Shown piece after piece: positions 10,635 to 20,820 of a stretch of DNA of 64,000 nucleotides (positions are counted from its first letter, which is position 1; each line of letters starts with the position of its first letter). The translations under genes were made by a program, and so were the position numbers. Below the pieces are notes generated by a model. It did no database searches and was not told the DNA's origin. It saw only the letters and a program-made list of their open reading frames with translations. Origin of the DNA: a virus; the IMG/VR virus record IMGVR_UViG_3300025684_000011, one strand, 5' to 3'.

Positions 10635-10769
10635 AGTCATAAATACCTAGTAAACAAAAACATAGAATCAAACAACTCATACTGGCTCACATTGGCACTT
10701 TACGGACACTAAGCAGACTAACCTGCAAGAGCAACCCAGTCTATATTGCACTCAGTAAAGATAACAATA

Positions 10770-11066
10770 ATGAATAAAAAAATTAAAGTAGTATCCGGTG
10801 AGGCCGAAAATTTACAACTTCATGTTGAGCTATGTGCTGAACGTTATAATCGTATGGAAGAGAAATTCACTGGTTTAGAAAACAGATTAGATTATCTCCA
10901 AAACGACTTCACAGAATTAAAAGAAAAAGCCGATTCAAATTTTAATGACCTAAAAGACTTAATCCACCAAACTGCTAATAAGAGATTTAACACCATGGTT
11001 ACAACTACTGGTACTGTAATTGTTGCCTTAATAGGTATGCTAGGTTATATAATTATTAATAACTAG
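10770..11066 (+). CDS. coiled-coil protein with C-terminal transmembrane helix
   Basis: ENLQLHVELCAERY, heptad region, TGTVIVALIGMLGYIII tail. Confidence 0.7.
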   Translation: MNKKIKVVSGEAENLQLHVELCAERYNRMEEKFTGLENRLDYLQNDFTELKEKADSNFNDLKDLIHQTANKRFNTMVTTTGTVIVALIGMLGYIIINN

Positions 11067-11068
11067 TA

Positions 11069-11401
11069 TTGGAGGCTTTAATGGAGATTTTAGTAGAATC
11101 AAGAATAGTATGGGCAAGATCCGGTAACAAGGTAAAACGTAAAATACGTTGTACTACCGGTAAACGTCGTGGCCGTATTGTCAGCACAGTCGGAGCCTGT
11201 AATAGAAGAATAGATATTAAAAAGAGGTATATCTTTAAACGTGCAAAGCAACGTTTTAAGTCTAGAATGTCTATTAAGCGTCAAAGAACAAAACGTTATA
11301 ATCCAATTTCGAGAAGAGTCAGACGATTAAACAGGCAAAAAGGGCATCGTAACCCTATTAGGCCAGGAATTGGACGTAAAACAACGATAAAAAGAAAATA
11401 G
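11069..11401 (+). CDS. highly basic Arg/Lys-rich protein (nucleic-acid binding)
   Basis: Roughly one third R/K; WARSG..KRKIRCTTG.R.GRIVS; SD GGAGG favours ATG 11081 as an alternative start. Confidence 0.75.
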   Translation: MEALMEILVESRIVWARSGNKVKRKIRCTTGKRRGRIVSTVGACNRRIDIKKRYIFKRAKQRFKSRMSIKRQRTKRYNPISRRVRRLNRQKGHRNPIRPGIGRKTTIKRK

Positions 11402-11456
11402 TTATATAGTCTTATTTGGCTAAATAAAACAATAAACAGATACCAGGAGGTTTAAT

Positions 11457-12107
11457 ATGAAGTTTAACGATATTTCCAATAGTACAAGTCCAGCCCAAGC
11501 CGCTCGTGACGCATTATTGAAGCAAAGCATTGAGATTGATGAATCAGTTCAAGGATCTCAGCTAAGAGATCACTTAGGGGATCTACAAAAAGAACTTGAT
11601 ACATTATCAAGCAAAGGTGGAGAAGAATACACTCGTGCAGTTTTACATAAAGCAGTCTATGAAGATTTAGCAAATGTAGATGCGGAGCCTATTTTTGAAG
11701 CAGAGCTTGGTGACGAAGATATTGAGCAAGCAGAAATTATTATTGCCGCTAACGGTCTTAGTAAAGAGTTCCAAGGCATGATTGAAGATTGTGCTGATAT
11801 GCTCGGAAGTGACCTTATTACATTAGTTGATCAGATCAAGTCTAAGTTTGGCGATGGAGCCGGAGAACAATTTGGCACCTCAATTAGAGATTCATTGCAA
11901 TCCGCAATGGACGTTCTTACTACAACTAAAGACGGCGTTGACTCTGCTATTAATGGACTTAAAGATCCAATGTCTATACCAGCAACTGATGATGCAGGAA
12001 TGGATGATATGGCAGATACAGGAATGGATGATGAGGCAGTTATGCCCGCTATGTCCGGACCAGAAGAAGAGCCAACCGGTAGGGAACTAAAGAGTGAACT
12101 TGAGTGA
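11457..12107 (+). CDS. acidic protein, possible prohead scaffold/core
   Basis: SD AGGAGG; D/E-rich, C-terminal EEEPTGRELK. Confidence 0.6.
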   Translation: MKFNDISNSTSPAQAARDALLKQSIEIDESVQGSQLRDHLGDLQKELDTLSSKGGEEYTRAVLHKAVYEDLANVDAEPIFEAELGDEDIEQAEIIIAANGLSKEFQGMIEDCADMLGSDLITLVDQIKSKFGDGAGEQFGTSIRDSLQSAMDVLTTTKDGVDSAINGLKDPMSIPATDDAGMDDMADTGMDDEAVMPAMSGPEEEPTGRELKSELE

Positions 12108-12429
12108 GATAACATCAATTGATGGTGATTTTGCTAGTGCAATAAAAATGTTCTTGATAAGAGCATCATTAGATGGCAAAGATACCTTACCAATGGAAGA
12201 ACTTGTCGGAATGTTAACAAAACTTGGGTTTCAAGCCAATGGACAAGAAACTGGAATTAGGAATTACATTACTACATTAAAAGGCAAGAATCCTGATTTA
12301 GTTTCTGACGTTAATGATACAGATGTAATTTTAACAACAATGCCAAGCGATCCTGGTGACGCTGAAGACAATGAAGAAAAAGTTGATGACATGGCATTAC
12401 AGAACGCAAAGGCAGACTTAGGAATATGA
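12094..12429 (+). CDS. hypothetical protein
   Basis: 111 aa; MNLSEI N-terminus; overlaps neighbours. Confidence 0.65.
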   Translation: MNLSEITSIDGDFASAIKMFLIRASLDGKDTLPMEELVGMLTKLGFQANGQETGIRNYITTLKGKNPDLVSDVNDTDVILTTMPSDPGDAEDNEEKVDDMALQNAKADLGI

Positions 12430-12773
12430 GTAGAATATTTTATACAGCAACAGAAGCAAGATCTCAGGCACTTCAAGACCTGGTAATCTTAAACGAAGTA
12501 AGAGATCTAGAAATTGCAGTAATAACAGCAACTGGAACAGGTGCTGTTGAAACCGAAGTGGTCACCTCAACCACCATGGCCGCTCTTTCCACCGATGCAA
12601 ATTTTGTTACAGCATCAGAGTATTATGATACTTTACAAGGTACAAGAGATGATAGACAAAAATCTTTACAAATAACTAAAGTTATAAAGTACTTTGAAGA
12701 CTTAGGATATACCATAGATCCAATAACTAACCAATCCACTAATACTACCTTTAAATGGAAGATTTCCTGGTAA
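12426..12773 (+). CDS. hypothetical phage protein
   Basis: 115 aa; C-terminal YFEDLGYTI...TFKWKISW. Confidence 0.7.
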   Translation: MSRIFYTATEARSQALQDLVILNEVRDLEIAVITATGTGAVETEVVTSTTMAALSTDANFVTASEYYDTLQGTRDDRQKSLQITKVIKYFEDLGYTIDPITNQSTNTTFKWKISW

Positions 12774-12781
12774 TTTTCTTC

Positions 12782-12810
12782 TTGACAATGTAGTAAAAAT
12801 CTGTTATACT
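12782..12810 (+). promoter_or_regulatory. sigma70-type promoter (leaderless)
   Basis: TTGACA-17-TATACT, ATG 6 nt downstream. Confidence 0.75.
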
Positions 12811-12816
12811 TAACAG

Positions 12817-13485
12817 ATGATAAAACATAATCTAATATACGACTATAAAAAATTAAATAGAATAGACGGTAAGCAACGTTTATACGAGACACCTGCTGGT
12901 GATAAAGTACCAAGTGTTACAACTATCTTATCAAAAACAGGCGATAATAGTGGTCTTATTGCTTGGCGTAAACGTGTAGGAAATGAAGAAGCAAATAGGA
13001 TTTCAAAGGAATCAACTGGTTTAGGAACACTAGTACATACTCATGTTGAAAACTATCTACTAGGAAAAGATCGCCCGGGTGGTAAAAATCTTGTACATGA
13101 GATGGCTACTAAAATGGCAGATAAAATTATTAACGAAGGCTTACCAAGTGTAACAGAAGTATGGGGTATGGAAGTGCAATTATACTTTCCAGGCTTGTAT
13201 GCTGGTACAACAGACTTAGTTGGTATGTACGAAGGCGTTCCTGCAATTATGGATCACAAGACATCTAAAGCATTAAAGAAGCCTGAGTGGATGGAAGACT
13301 ATTTTATTCAGACCTGTGCATATGCTTTAGCACATAACGAATTATATGATACAGATATTAAAAAAGGCGTGTTGTTTATGACTACACGGGACGACAAGTA
13401 CAAGACTTATATAATTGAAGGAAACGACTTTAAGCTCTACACAGATAAGTGGCTGGATAGAGTGGAAACTTTTTATAATAGATAA
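12817..13485 (+). CDS. PD-(D/E)XK exonuclease (RecB/Cas4-like)
   Basis: PSVTTIL, GTLVH, AGTTDLV, DHKTS, QTCAYA. Confidence 0.85.
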   Translation: MIKHNLIYDYKKLNRIDGKQRLYETPAGDKVPSVTTILSKTGDNSGLIAWRKRVGNEEANRISKESTGLGTLVHTHVENYLLGKDRPGGKNLVHEMATKMADKIINEGLPSVTEVWGMEVQLYFPGLYAGTTDLVGMYEGVPAIMDHKTSKALKKPEWMEDYFIQTCAYALAHNELYDTDIKKGVLFMTTRDDKYKTYIIEGNDFKLYTDKWLDRVETFYNR

Positions 13486-13509
13486 ATATATCTAATAGGC
13501 TGGCTAAAG

Positions 13510-13950
13510 ATGTACGATCAAACTTTTTGGGAGACAGATAAACATACTAGAATGTTGCTCTGGAGGGATTGGAGGAGTTCTATAGCAGAACTTCCAACTG
13601 ATGCTTTATATGATAAAATTGCTTATTGGTGGAAAATGGTGCCAATGTCAGATAATACTATTGACATATGGGATGATAAATCCTGGCCTACACCATGGGA
13701 ATTAATTACATTTTCTAGTTTTTGTTATCCTAGTCGAGGGTTAGGAATATATTATACGTTGTCTCTAATAGGCAGAGAATCAGAGTTAATTCTTGCCCAA
13801 AAAGACGGTGAAACAACTCTTCTGGTGAAATTAGAAGATAAAAAACTGTTAAATTACTATGAAGGAGAAGTTCTTGACACTTCTCAATATTCATATGAAG
13901 AATTAAGAATTTTCAGCTCTGCAGACATGCATAGACTGGTTAAAGTATAA
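13510..13950 (+). CDS. hypothetical protein, possibly transglutaminase-like cysteine proteinase fold
   Basis: WPTPWELI...FC...LGIYYTL resembles BTLCP WxTPxE..C..Y.TL. Confidence 0.4.
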   Translation: MYDQTFWETDKHTRMLLWRDWRSSIAELPTDALYDKIAYWWKMVPMSDNTIDIWDDKSWPTPWELITFSSFCYPSRGLGIYYTLSLIGRESELILAQKDGETTLLVKLEDKKLLNYYEGEVLDTSQYSYEELRIFSSADMHRLVKV

Positions 13951-14021
13951 CTGTATTGCATACTCGCAGATTAATAAGTATGCAACAAGAAAGAATAGAA
14001 ATAGTTAAAGGAAATATAAAA

Positions 14022-16331
14022 ATGAATGATGTGGTAAACGTAGTAAAACGTAGTGGGGCAGTAGAGCCCTTAGATATTAATAAAATACATGTAATGGTAG
14101 AAGAAGCGTGTGAAGGATTAGCAGGGGTTAGTGTTTCCCAAGTAGAAATGAATGCAGATTTACAATTTACAGATAAGATTGCTACATCAGACATACAAGA
14201 GATTTTAGTTAGAAGTGCAAGTGATTTAATTAGTTTAGATCATCCAAACTATCAATATGTTGCGGCACGTTTATTGTTATATGGACTTCGCAAAGATGTA
14301 TTTGGTAAGTTTGATTATGCTCCTCTTTATGACCTAGTAGTAGAAAATGTTAAACAAGGAGTATATGATGCTGAGTTATTAGAAATTTACTCAGAAGATG
14401 ATTGGAGACAACTAGACGTATATATTAATCATGCTAGAGATTTAGATTTTACATTCGCCGGTATGAGGCAAGTAGCAGACAAGTATCTTGTACAAGATAG
14501 AAGCTCAGGACATATTTACGAAACTCCTCAATATATGTATATGTTGATTGCCGCTACTATATTTTCGAGTTATCCTTCTAATACAAGGTTATCATATATT
14601 CGCCGTTACTACGATGCAATTTCTACTTTTAAAATTAATATTCCGACACCCATTATGTCAGGTGTTCGCACTCCAATTAGGCAGTTTGCTTCCTGCGTTC
14701 TAGTAGACGTCGATGATACGTTACCGTCAATTTTTAATAGTTCATCAGCAGTTGGATATTATATAGCTCAACGTGCAGGCATTGGACTTAACTTAGGTCG
14801 TGTTCGTAGTATCGGATCTAAAATTAGAGGTGGCGAAGTAGCACATACAGGAGTTATTCCTTTCTTAAAAGTTTTTGAATCTGTAGTTCGTTCATGTACA
14901 CAAAATGGTGTTCGTGGTGGAAGTGCTACAGTACACTTTCCTATATGGCATAAAGAAATTGAAGATATTATTGTACTAAAAAATAACAAAGGTACAGAAG
15001 ATAACAGAGTGAGAAAGCTCGATTACTCAATACAGATCAGTAAGATCTTTTATGAAAGACTAATTCAAAGTAAACAGATTAGTCTTTTTTCACCTCACGA
15101 TGCTCCAGGGTTATATGAAGCATTTGGTGACAATGAAAAGTTTGATGAGTTATATGTAAATTATGAGAATGATAAAAACGTACCTAGGACTGAAGTTTCA
15201 GCACATGAACTGTTTTCAGGTATTCTAAAAGAACGTGCAGAAACAGGTCGAATTTATATTATGAATATTGACCATTGTAACTCTCATAGTAGCTTTGATG
15301 TTCCAGTTAAGATGAGTAACTTGTGTCAAGAAATTACATTGCCTACTACTCCTATTCAAGGACTAGAAGATGCATCGGGAGAAATTGCTTTATGTATTCT
15401 GAGTGCTATCAATGTTGGTACATTAAGAAACCATGATGATTTGGAGAACTTATGTGATCTTGCCGTTCGTGCATTAGATGAAATAATTGACTATCAAAAT
15501 TATCCTGTTAAAGCGGCAGAGATATCAACTAAGTCTAGACGTAGTTTAGGAATTGGATATATTGGATTAGCACATTATCTAGCAAAACGTGAGTTACATT
15601 ATAGCGATGATAAAGCGGCAAAAGAAGTCGGCCGTCTAACAGAAGCATTTCAGTATTATTTAATTTCAGCAAGTGCTCAATTAGCAAAAGAAAAAGGTAC
15701 CTGTTCTGCATATAACGAAACAAAGTACAGTAAAGGCATTTTACCTATTGATACATACAAAGATGATATTGATAAGTTTTTAGGAAAGCAATTATTATTA
15801 GATTGGAAGACACTAAGAGAAACAGTTAAAGAACATGGATTACGACATAGTACTTTATCTGCACAAATGCCATCTGAGAGTTCGTCTGTTGTTAGCAATG
15901 AAACTAATGGCATTGAACCACCAAGAGCATACATGAATACTAAGAAAAGCAAGAAAGGTCCTTTGAAACAAATTGTTCCTCAGTATAATAAACTTAAGAA
16001 TCATTATAGTTTCTTATGGGACGAAGGAGTTAATGAAGGTTATATTAAAATTGTTGCCGCTATGCAAAAGTACTTTGATCAAGCAATTAGTGGTAATTGG
16101 AGTTATAACCCTAAGTTATATGAAAACAATGAAGTACCAATGAGTGTTATGTTTAACGATCTACTAACAACTTACAAATATGGTTGGAAGACAAGTTATT
16201 ATCAAAACACATACGATTCTAAAGGTGAAGACGAAGAATTATTAGGTGAGGTTCCTGAGGAGTTTACCCAACTTGCGGAGAACCCAAGTATTGTAATAGA
16301 AGAGGAAGAGTGTGAGGCATGCAACATTTAA
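14022..16331 (+). CDS. nrdA: ribonucleoside-diphosphate reductase class Ia alpha
   Basis: ATP-cone VVKRSG, QFASC, SNLCQEI, MPSESSS, C-terminal ECEACNI; SD AAGGA before ATG 14022. Confidence 0.97.
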   Translation: MNDVVNVVKRSGAVEPLDINKIHVMVEEACEGLAGVSVSQVEMNADLQFTDKIATSDIQEILVRSASDLISLDHPNYQYVAARLLLYGLRKDVFGKFDYAPLYDLVVENVKQGVYDAELLEIYSEDDWRQLDVYINHARDLDFTFAGMRQVADKYLVQDRSSGHIYETPQYMYMLIAATIFSSYPSNTRLSYIRRYYDAISTFKINIPTPIMSGVRTPIRQFASCVLVDVDDTLPSIFNSSSAVGYYIAQRAGIGLNLGRVRSIGSKIRGGEVAHTGVIPFLKVFESVVRSCTQNGVRGGSATVHFPIWHKEIEDIIVLKNNKGTEDNRVRKLDYSIQISKIFYERLIQSKQISLFSPHDAPGLYEAFGDNEKFDELYVNYENDKNVPRTEVSAHELFSGILKERAETGRIYIMNIDHCNSHSSFDVPVKMSNLCQEITLPTTPIQGLEDASGEIALCILSAINVGTLRNHDDLENLCDLAVRALDEIIDYQNYPVKAAEISTKSRRSLGIGYIGLAHYLAKRELHYSDDKAAKEVGRLTEAFQYYLISASAQLAKEKGTCSAYNETKYSKGILPIDTYKDDIDKFLGKQLLLDWKTLRETVKEHGLRHSTLSAQMPSESSSVVSNETNGIEPPRAYMNTKKSKKGPLKQIVPQYNKLKNHYSFLWDEGVNEGYIKIVAAMQKYFDQAISGNWSYNPKLYENNEVPMSVMFNDLLTTYKYGWKTSYYQNTYDSKGEDEELLGEVPEEFTQLAENPSIVIEEEECEACNI

Positions 16332-17428
16332 AGAAAACCGTCTTTAATAAGAATAAAGTAGATTATACAAAACAGCCAATGTTTTTTGGCGAGGAATTAA
16401 ACTCTCAGAGATTTGACGAGTTTCGTTATCCTGTCTTTGACAAGTTAACACAAACACAACTTGGATTCTTTTGGAGACCTGAGGAAGTAAGTTTACAAAA
16501 AGATAGAAGTGATTATCTAAACTTTACTGATTCTCAGAAGTTTATTTTTACAAGTAACTTAAAGTATCAAACGTTACTCGATAGTGTTCAAGGTAGAGGT
16601 CCGGCGATTGCATTTGTACCTTATTGTTCGTTACCCGAGCTAGAAGCATGTATGATTACTTGGGATTTCTTTGAAACTATTCATAGCCGCAGTTATACTC
16701 ATATTATTAAAAACATATATCCTGATCCTAGCGAGGTTTTTGATACTATTCTTGACGATGAAAAAATTGTTGCTAGAGCAGAAAGTGTAACAAAAGCATA
16801 TGATGATTATATCAATGATGCACAATATTACTCAGCCACAGGTAAAGGTGATTTACGAGAAATTAAGAAAAAATTATATCTAGCAATGGTTAATGTTAAC
16901 GCATTAGAAGGTTTGCGTTTTTATGTATCTTTTGCATGTACCTTTGCATTTGGTGAATTAAAAACAATGGAAGGTTCTGCTAAGATTGTTAGTTTAATTG
17001 CTAGAGACGAAAGTCAGCATTTAGCAGTTAGTACACATATTATTAAGAATTGGATGAAAGGTGATGATCCAGAAATGGTTTCTATTGCTAAAGAATGTCA
17101 AGATGAAATTGGACTCATTTATGATAAAGTAGTAGAGGAAGAAAAGGAATGGGCAGATTATTTGTTTACAAATGGTTCTATTGTTGGACTAAACGAAAAA
17201 CTATTACATATGTTCATTGAGCATACTGCAAACAAAAGACTTAAGAGTTTAGGATTACCAATTCGTTATAACCAGAGTCCAAACGATAATCCGTTACCTT
17301 GGACACAACATTGGCTTTCAAACAAAGGAGTACAAAATGCTCCGCAAGAAACAGAAATTGAAAGTTATGTTATTGGTGGAATTAAACAAGACGTAGACAA
17401 AGACACATTTACAGGATTTAAATTATAA
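16319..17428 (+). CDS. nrdB: ribonucleoside-diphosphate reductase class Ia beta
   Basis: FWRPEEVSL, LDSVQGR, ETIHSRSY, EGLRFYVSF, RDESQH, APQETE. Confidence 0.97.
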   Translation: MQHLKKTVFNKNKVDYTKQPMFFGEELNSQRFDEFRYPVFDKLTQTQLGFFWRPEEVSLQKDRSDYLNFTDSQKFIFTSNLKYQTLLDSVQGRGPAIAFVPYCSLPELEACMITWDFFETIHSRSYTHIIKNIYPDPSEVFDTILDDEKIVARAESVTKAYDDYINDAQYYSATGKGDLREIKKKLYLAMVNVNALEGLRFYVSFACTFAFGELKTMEGSAKIVSLIARDESQHLAVSTHIIKNWMKGDDPEMVSIAKECQDEIGLIYDKVVEEEKEWADYLFTNGSIVGLNEKLLHMFIEHTANKRLKSLGLPIRYNQSPNDNPLPWTQHWLSNKGVQNAPQETEIESYVIGGIKQDVDKDTFTGFKL

Positions 17429-17754
17429 TGTTAGTATCAACTAAAACAAGAAAAAAAGGAGATGTGATCTCCATAAAATTAACAAATGGAGAAGAACTTA
17501 TTTCTTCATTTGTAGAAGAAAAAGACCAACATCTAATCATTGATAGACCAGTATCGTTATCAACTGGTCCTCAAGGTGCACCGGCGTTGATGCCATTCTT
17601 TATGACAGCATCACCAGATGCTACAAGAAATATAAAGTTAGAAAAGCGTCATGTTGTTATGACTGCTGATACAGATGCACCGTTAGCCAAACAATATTCA
17701 ACTGCAATGTCAGGAATTTTACCAGCAGGGGCGATTCCAGGCTTACAAGTTTAA
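17428..17754 (+). CDS. Sm-like fold phage protein
   Basis: ISIKLTNGEELI...LIIDRPVSL...YSTAMSGI. Confidence 0.6.
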   Translation: MLVSTKTRKKGDVISIKLTNGEELISSFVEEKDQHLIIDRPVSLSTGPQGAPALMPFFMTASPDATRNIKLEKRHVVMTADTDAPLAKQYSTAMSGILPAGAIPGLQV

Positions 17755-17765
17755 TAAATACTTGT

Positions 17766-18050
17766 ATGACTGAAGTTCACAGAGATACAGATTCTAGAAT
17801 ATGCGGAGCAAGTACCGTTGTTGCTGGTAACTCAACTGTCTTTGCAAATAATTTATTGGTAAGTGTTGATGCAGATCCCAATTCACATGGCGCCGGAAGT
17901 ATTATTGCAAGTACAAAAAATGTTTATGCTCATAACAAACTAATTGTTGAGAACGGTGATGCCGCTAACCCGGATTCATTATGCCCAATACCACCTCATT
18001 GTGGCCCAGACACTAGTTCAGGGTCTCCTAATGTATTTGTAGGAAGTTAG
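17766..18050 (+). CDS. PAAR-like spike tip protein
   Basis: Repeated GNSTVFANN/GSPNVFVG segments with Cys/His metal ligands. Confidence 0.75.
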   Translation: MTEVHRDTDSRICGASTVVAGNSTVFANNLLVSVDADPNSHGAGSIIASTKNVYAHNKLIVENGDAANPDSLCPIPPHCGPDTSSGSPNVFVGS

Positions 18051-18051
18051 C

Positions 18052-19914
18052 ATGGTTAATATTCCAGTAATCCCAGGAGTCAATGTTCAAACACAAGGAA
18101 TACTCAATAAGTCTATTAAAGACATAATTTGTGCGATACTCTTTGGCGGTATTGGAAACCTTTTAAAAGGAAATATCATATGTATTGAAGCAAATATAAA
18201 CGAGATGCTTGAAGATGCCGGATATGCTAACTTATATGATATAAAAGACGAATTAAGATTACTACAAGATGAAGTTAAAGCATTTAACGACCACTTAGGT
18301 ATAAATGATATAACGCAAAGGATTAATGATGCGTTAGCAGAAGTAAGATATCTACTAAGTCTAGGAGGATTATGTCCTGTTCCAATTAAGATACCAAATA
18401 TTAACGGAGATATATTAGATCAAGTCACTGATAATGTTTTTAATAACTTACAAGGTGTATTAAGTGCATTTGGTCCATTGCTAAAACCTAAAATTTGTAT
18501 TGATGCACAAGGAAGAATAAACACAGGATCTTTTGATCCAGGTAGTATACTTGATAATATCAGGAAAGCATCACAAAATGCGTTAAATGCTGGAAGTGTA
18601 ATACCATCAAGTATTACATCAGGCTTTAATAACCAAATAAGCGGTGTTACAAGCAGTATTAAACAGGCAAGGGCAATAGAACTATTTCCAGACTTTAGAC
18701 ACAAGCATAACTTATTAACAGGAGCACCTGTTGTTGCTGGACAACCAGCGATAACTATTGCCGCTAGACCATCAGATGCTGATATTGCCGCAGTAGCTGG
18801 ACTTTCGACTACAAGTGGCCCAGCATTTGAGGCCGCAGGAGCCTCTTATCCTCCTCAAGGAAATCCTAATTTAACAGATGCAACTAAGCAAGCACAACAG
18901 TTGGTTGCCAATATTGCAAATAGTGCAAACTATCCTATTAATGCTGATAAAAATCTATGGGCAAGAGCATTGGGACCTGAAGTATATGCATTAGCATTAG
19001 ATGCTTTAAACGGAGATGACCCATTTGTAGGTCAATCTCAAGATGTCTATGATTATTGTGGAAGAGTAGTTTCGCAAGAAACACAAACTATTACTGGAGA
19101 TCCATTAGGTGCAGGATTGTCAGATACTACAGATGCAAATCTAACACCAACACCAATAAACTATAGTTTACTATGGATTGATGCACCAGCACAAAGTAGG
19201 GTTGGTTGGGCAGTTAGTGGAATTACAGAAGAAGCATTAGTACCAGATGACTATGGTTGCGAAGTACTAACACCAGCACTAGCATTAAACCCTGAAATTG
19301 AGTTATTTCAAGGCAAATCTCATATACTAAGTCTGCCACCAAGTAACCCAAATGTTAATTCTTTGGAAATAAGCAATTTTGGCTATAAAGATAACGGTTT
19401 AAGTGCCGTACGGACCCAAATTTCCTACGAAATGCCAGTTGGACAGGAATTTTACATATACGAAGCCAAATTAGACGGTTCAGGTAATAGAGTACCCGAT
19501 ATAACGAAGAGATGGACAAATGGACTGGTTCGTTTTGAATTTTCTGAATACTTAGATGAAGCAAATGGCAGAAACGAAGATCAAATTACTTGGGCTCAAT
19601 CATTTATTCCGGATTTAATTCCAGATCCAAATGATACCAATAAGCAATTTGATTCTCAAGGACGATTGTTAAAGAGTACTTTGATACAAGCACCTTTACC
19701 AACCGAACCTGGTGAAGTTTGGACTGATAATGGATCAGTAGTATACGATAGTCCTACAGGTGGCTCTCCTATATTAGTAAAAACATGGAAACGTGCTATT
19801 GCTAATTTAGCAGTTGGAGAAAATATGCTTATTGAAGTTGATAATACCTTTCCAGATTACTTAACTTATAGTAATGAGGACGGAACAGTATACGGCTTAC
19901 TAAAAATTACATAG
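18052..19914 (+). CDS. probable baseplate/virion protein
   Basis: 620 aa directly after the PAAR-like gene; function not recognised. Confidence 0.5.
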   Translation: MVNIPVIPGVNVQTQGILNKSIKDIICAILFGGIGNLLKGNIICIEANINEMLEDAGYANLYDIKDELRLLQDEVKAFNDHLGINDITQRINDALAEVRYLLSLGGLCPVPIKIPNINGDILDQVTDNVFNNLQGVLSAFGPLLKPKICIDAQGRINTGSFDPGSILDNIRKASQNALNAGSVIPSSITSGFNNQISGVTSSIKQARAIELFPDFRHKHNLLTGAPVVAGQPAITIAARPSDADIAAVAGLSTTSGPAFEAAGASYPPQGNPNLTDATKQAQQLVANIANSANYPINADKNLWARALGPEVYALALDALNGDDPFVGQSQDVYDYCGRVVSQETQTITGDPLGAGLSDTTDANLTPTPINYSLLWIDAPAQSRVGWAVSGITEEALVPDDYGCEVLTPALALNPEIELFQGKSHILSLPPSNPNVNSLEISNFGYKDNGLSAVRTQISYEMPVGQEFYIYEAKLDGSGNRVPDITKRWTNGLVRFEFSEYLDEANGRNEDQITWAQSFIPDLIPDPNDTNKQFDSQGRLLKSTLIQAPLPTEPGEVWTDNGSVVYDSPTGGSPILVKTWKRAIANLAVGENMLIEVDNTFPDYLTYSNEDGTVYGLLKIT

Positions 19915-19932
19915 GTTTTTCACAATAAAAGG

Positions 19933-19961
19933 TTGACATTCTATATCTTTAGTGCTATATT
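19933..19961 (+). promoter_or_regulatory. sigma70-type promoter
   Basis: TTGACA-17-TATATT. Confidence 0.65.
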
Positions 19962-19980
19962 ATAAATAATACTGTAATAT

Positions 19981-20379
19981 ATGAAAGGATTCTTTGATAT
20001 GCATGTTAGTAAACTGGCTATTGTTGCCGCTTTTTCACTTTCAATGATGTTAATAACATTTAACATAGCAACAGCTCACGAATATTCATACAAGCATTAT
20101 CATAATTCTCATGATAGTTGGGACGTTGACAGGTATGATGATTATAGTTACTATCACAGTGATTATTATAAACGTTATAAAAGAAATGATCGCGAAAGAG
20201 AACATTGGGATTGGTATTATGACGATAAGAGTGGCCCAGAAAGAGAGGACACATATTACATGCCAACACCTTCTCCAATAATCGTGCAACCTGTTCCTCC
20301 TATAGGTTATGAAAGAGTTATTGCATATGATAACTTATGTCATTGCAATATATACGTTCTTGTACCTATTAGACAATAA
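19981..20379 (+). CDS. secreted His/Tyr/Asp-rich low-complexity protein
   Basis: Signal-like hydrophobic stretch ending ATA-H, followed by H/Y/D/R-rich segment. Confidence 0.6.
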   Translation: MKGFFDMHVSKLAIVAAFSLSMMLITFNIATAHEYSYKHYHNSHDSWDVDRYDDYSYYHSDYYKRYKRNDREREHWDWYYDDKSGPEREDTYYMPTPSPIIVQPVPPIGYERVIAYDNLCHCNIYVLVPIRQ

Positions 20380-20468
20380 TCTTAAAACCCTATCTAGTTT
20401 ATTCTTTTGATAAATAAAGTTAACATGTGTATAGCACATGTTATTAATTAAAAAGGTACAAATAAAAT

Positions 20469-20687
20469 ATGGCAATAGAACTAACAGGCAAAGTAAAATG
20501 GTTTCAAGACGCAAAAGGATGGGGTTTTATTAAACCTGACGATGGTTCCGATGATGTTTTTGCACACTATTCAGCAATTAATTCGGATGGATTTAAATCA
20601 TTAAAAGAAGGTCAAGCAGTAACATTTGAAGTAATTCAAGGTGCTAAAGGACGTCAAGCCGCCAATATCAATTTAATTGAATCTTAA
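20469..20687 (+). CDS. cspA: cold-shock protein
   Basis: GKVKWF...KGWGFI...DVFAHYS...GFKSL (RNP1/RNP2). Confidence 0.95.
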   Translation: MAIELTGKVKWFQDAKGWGFIKPDDGSDDVFAHYSAINSDGFKSLKEGQAVTFEVIQGAKGRQAANINLIES

Positions 20688-20820
20688 GACTAACTCTCCA
20701 TAAATTATAACAATAGTAATCTTAAAGACTAAATAGATTATGGTAGTACATGTATAGGAACATAGAGTAACTATGCATATAACATCTGTTTACAGAAAAT
20801 AGATAAGGCATTAGAGATTT

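Noticed and set aside
14022-17428. Intron or intein in nrdA/nrdB
   Set aside because: Both are uninterrupted and of normal length.
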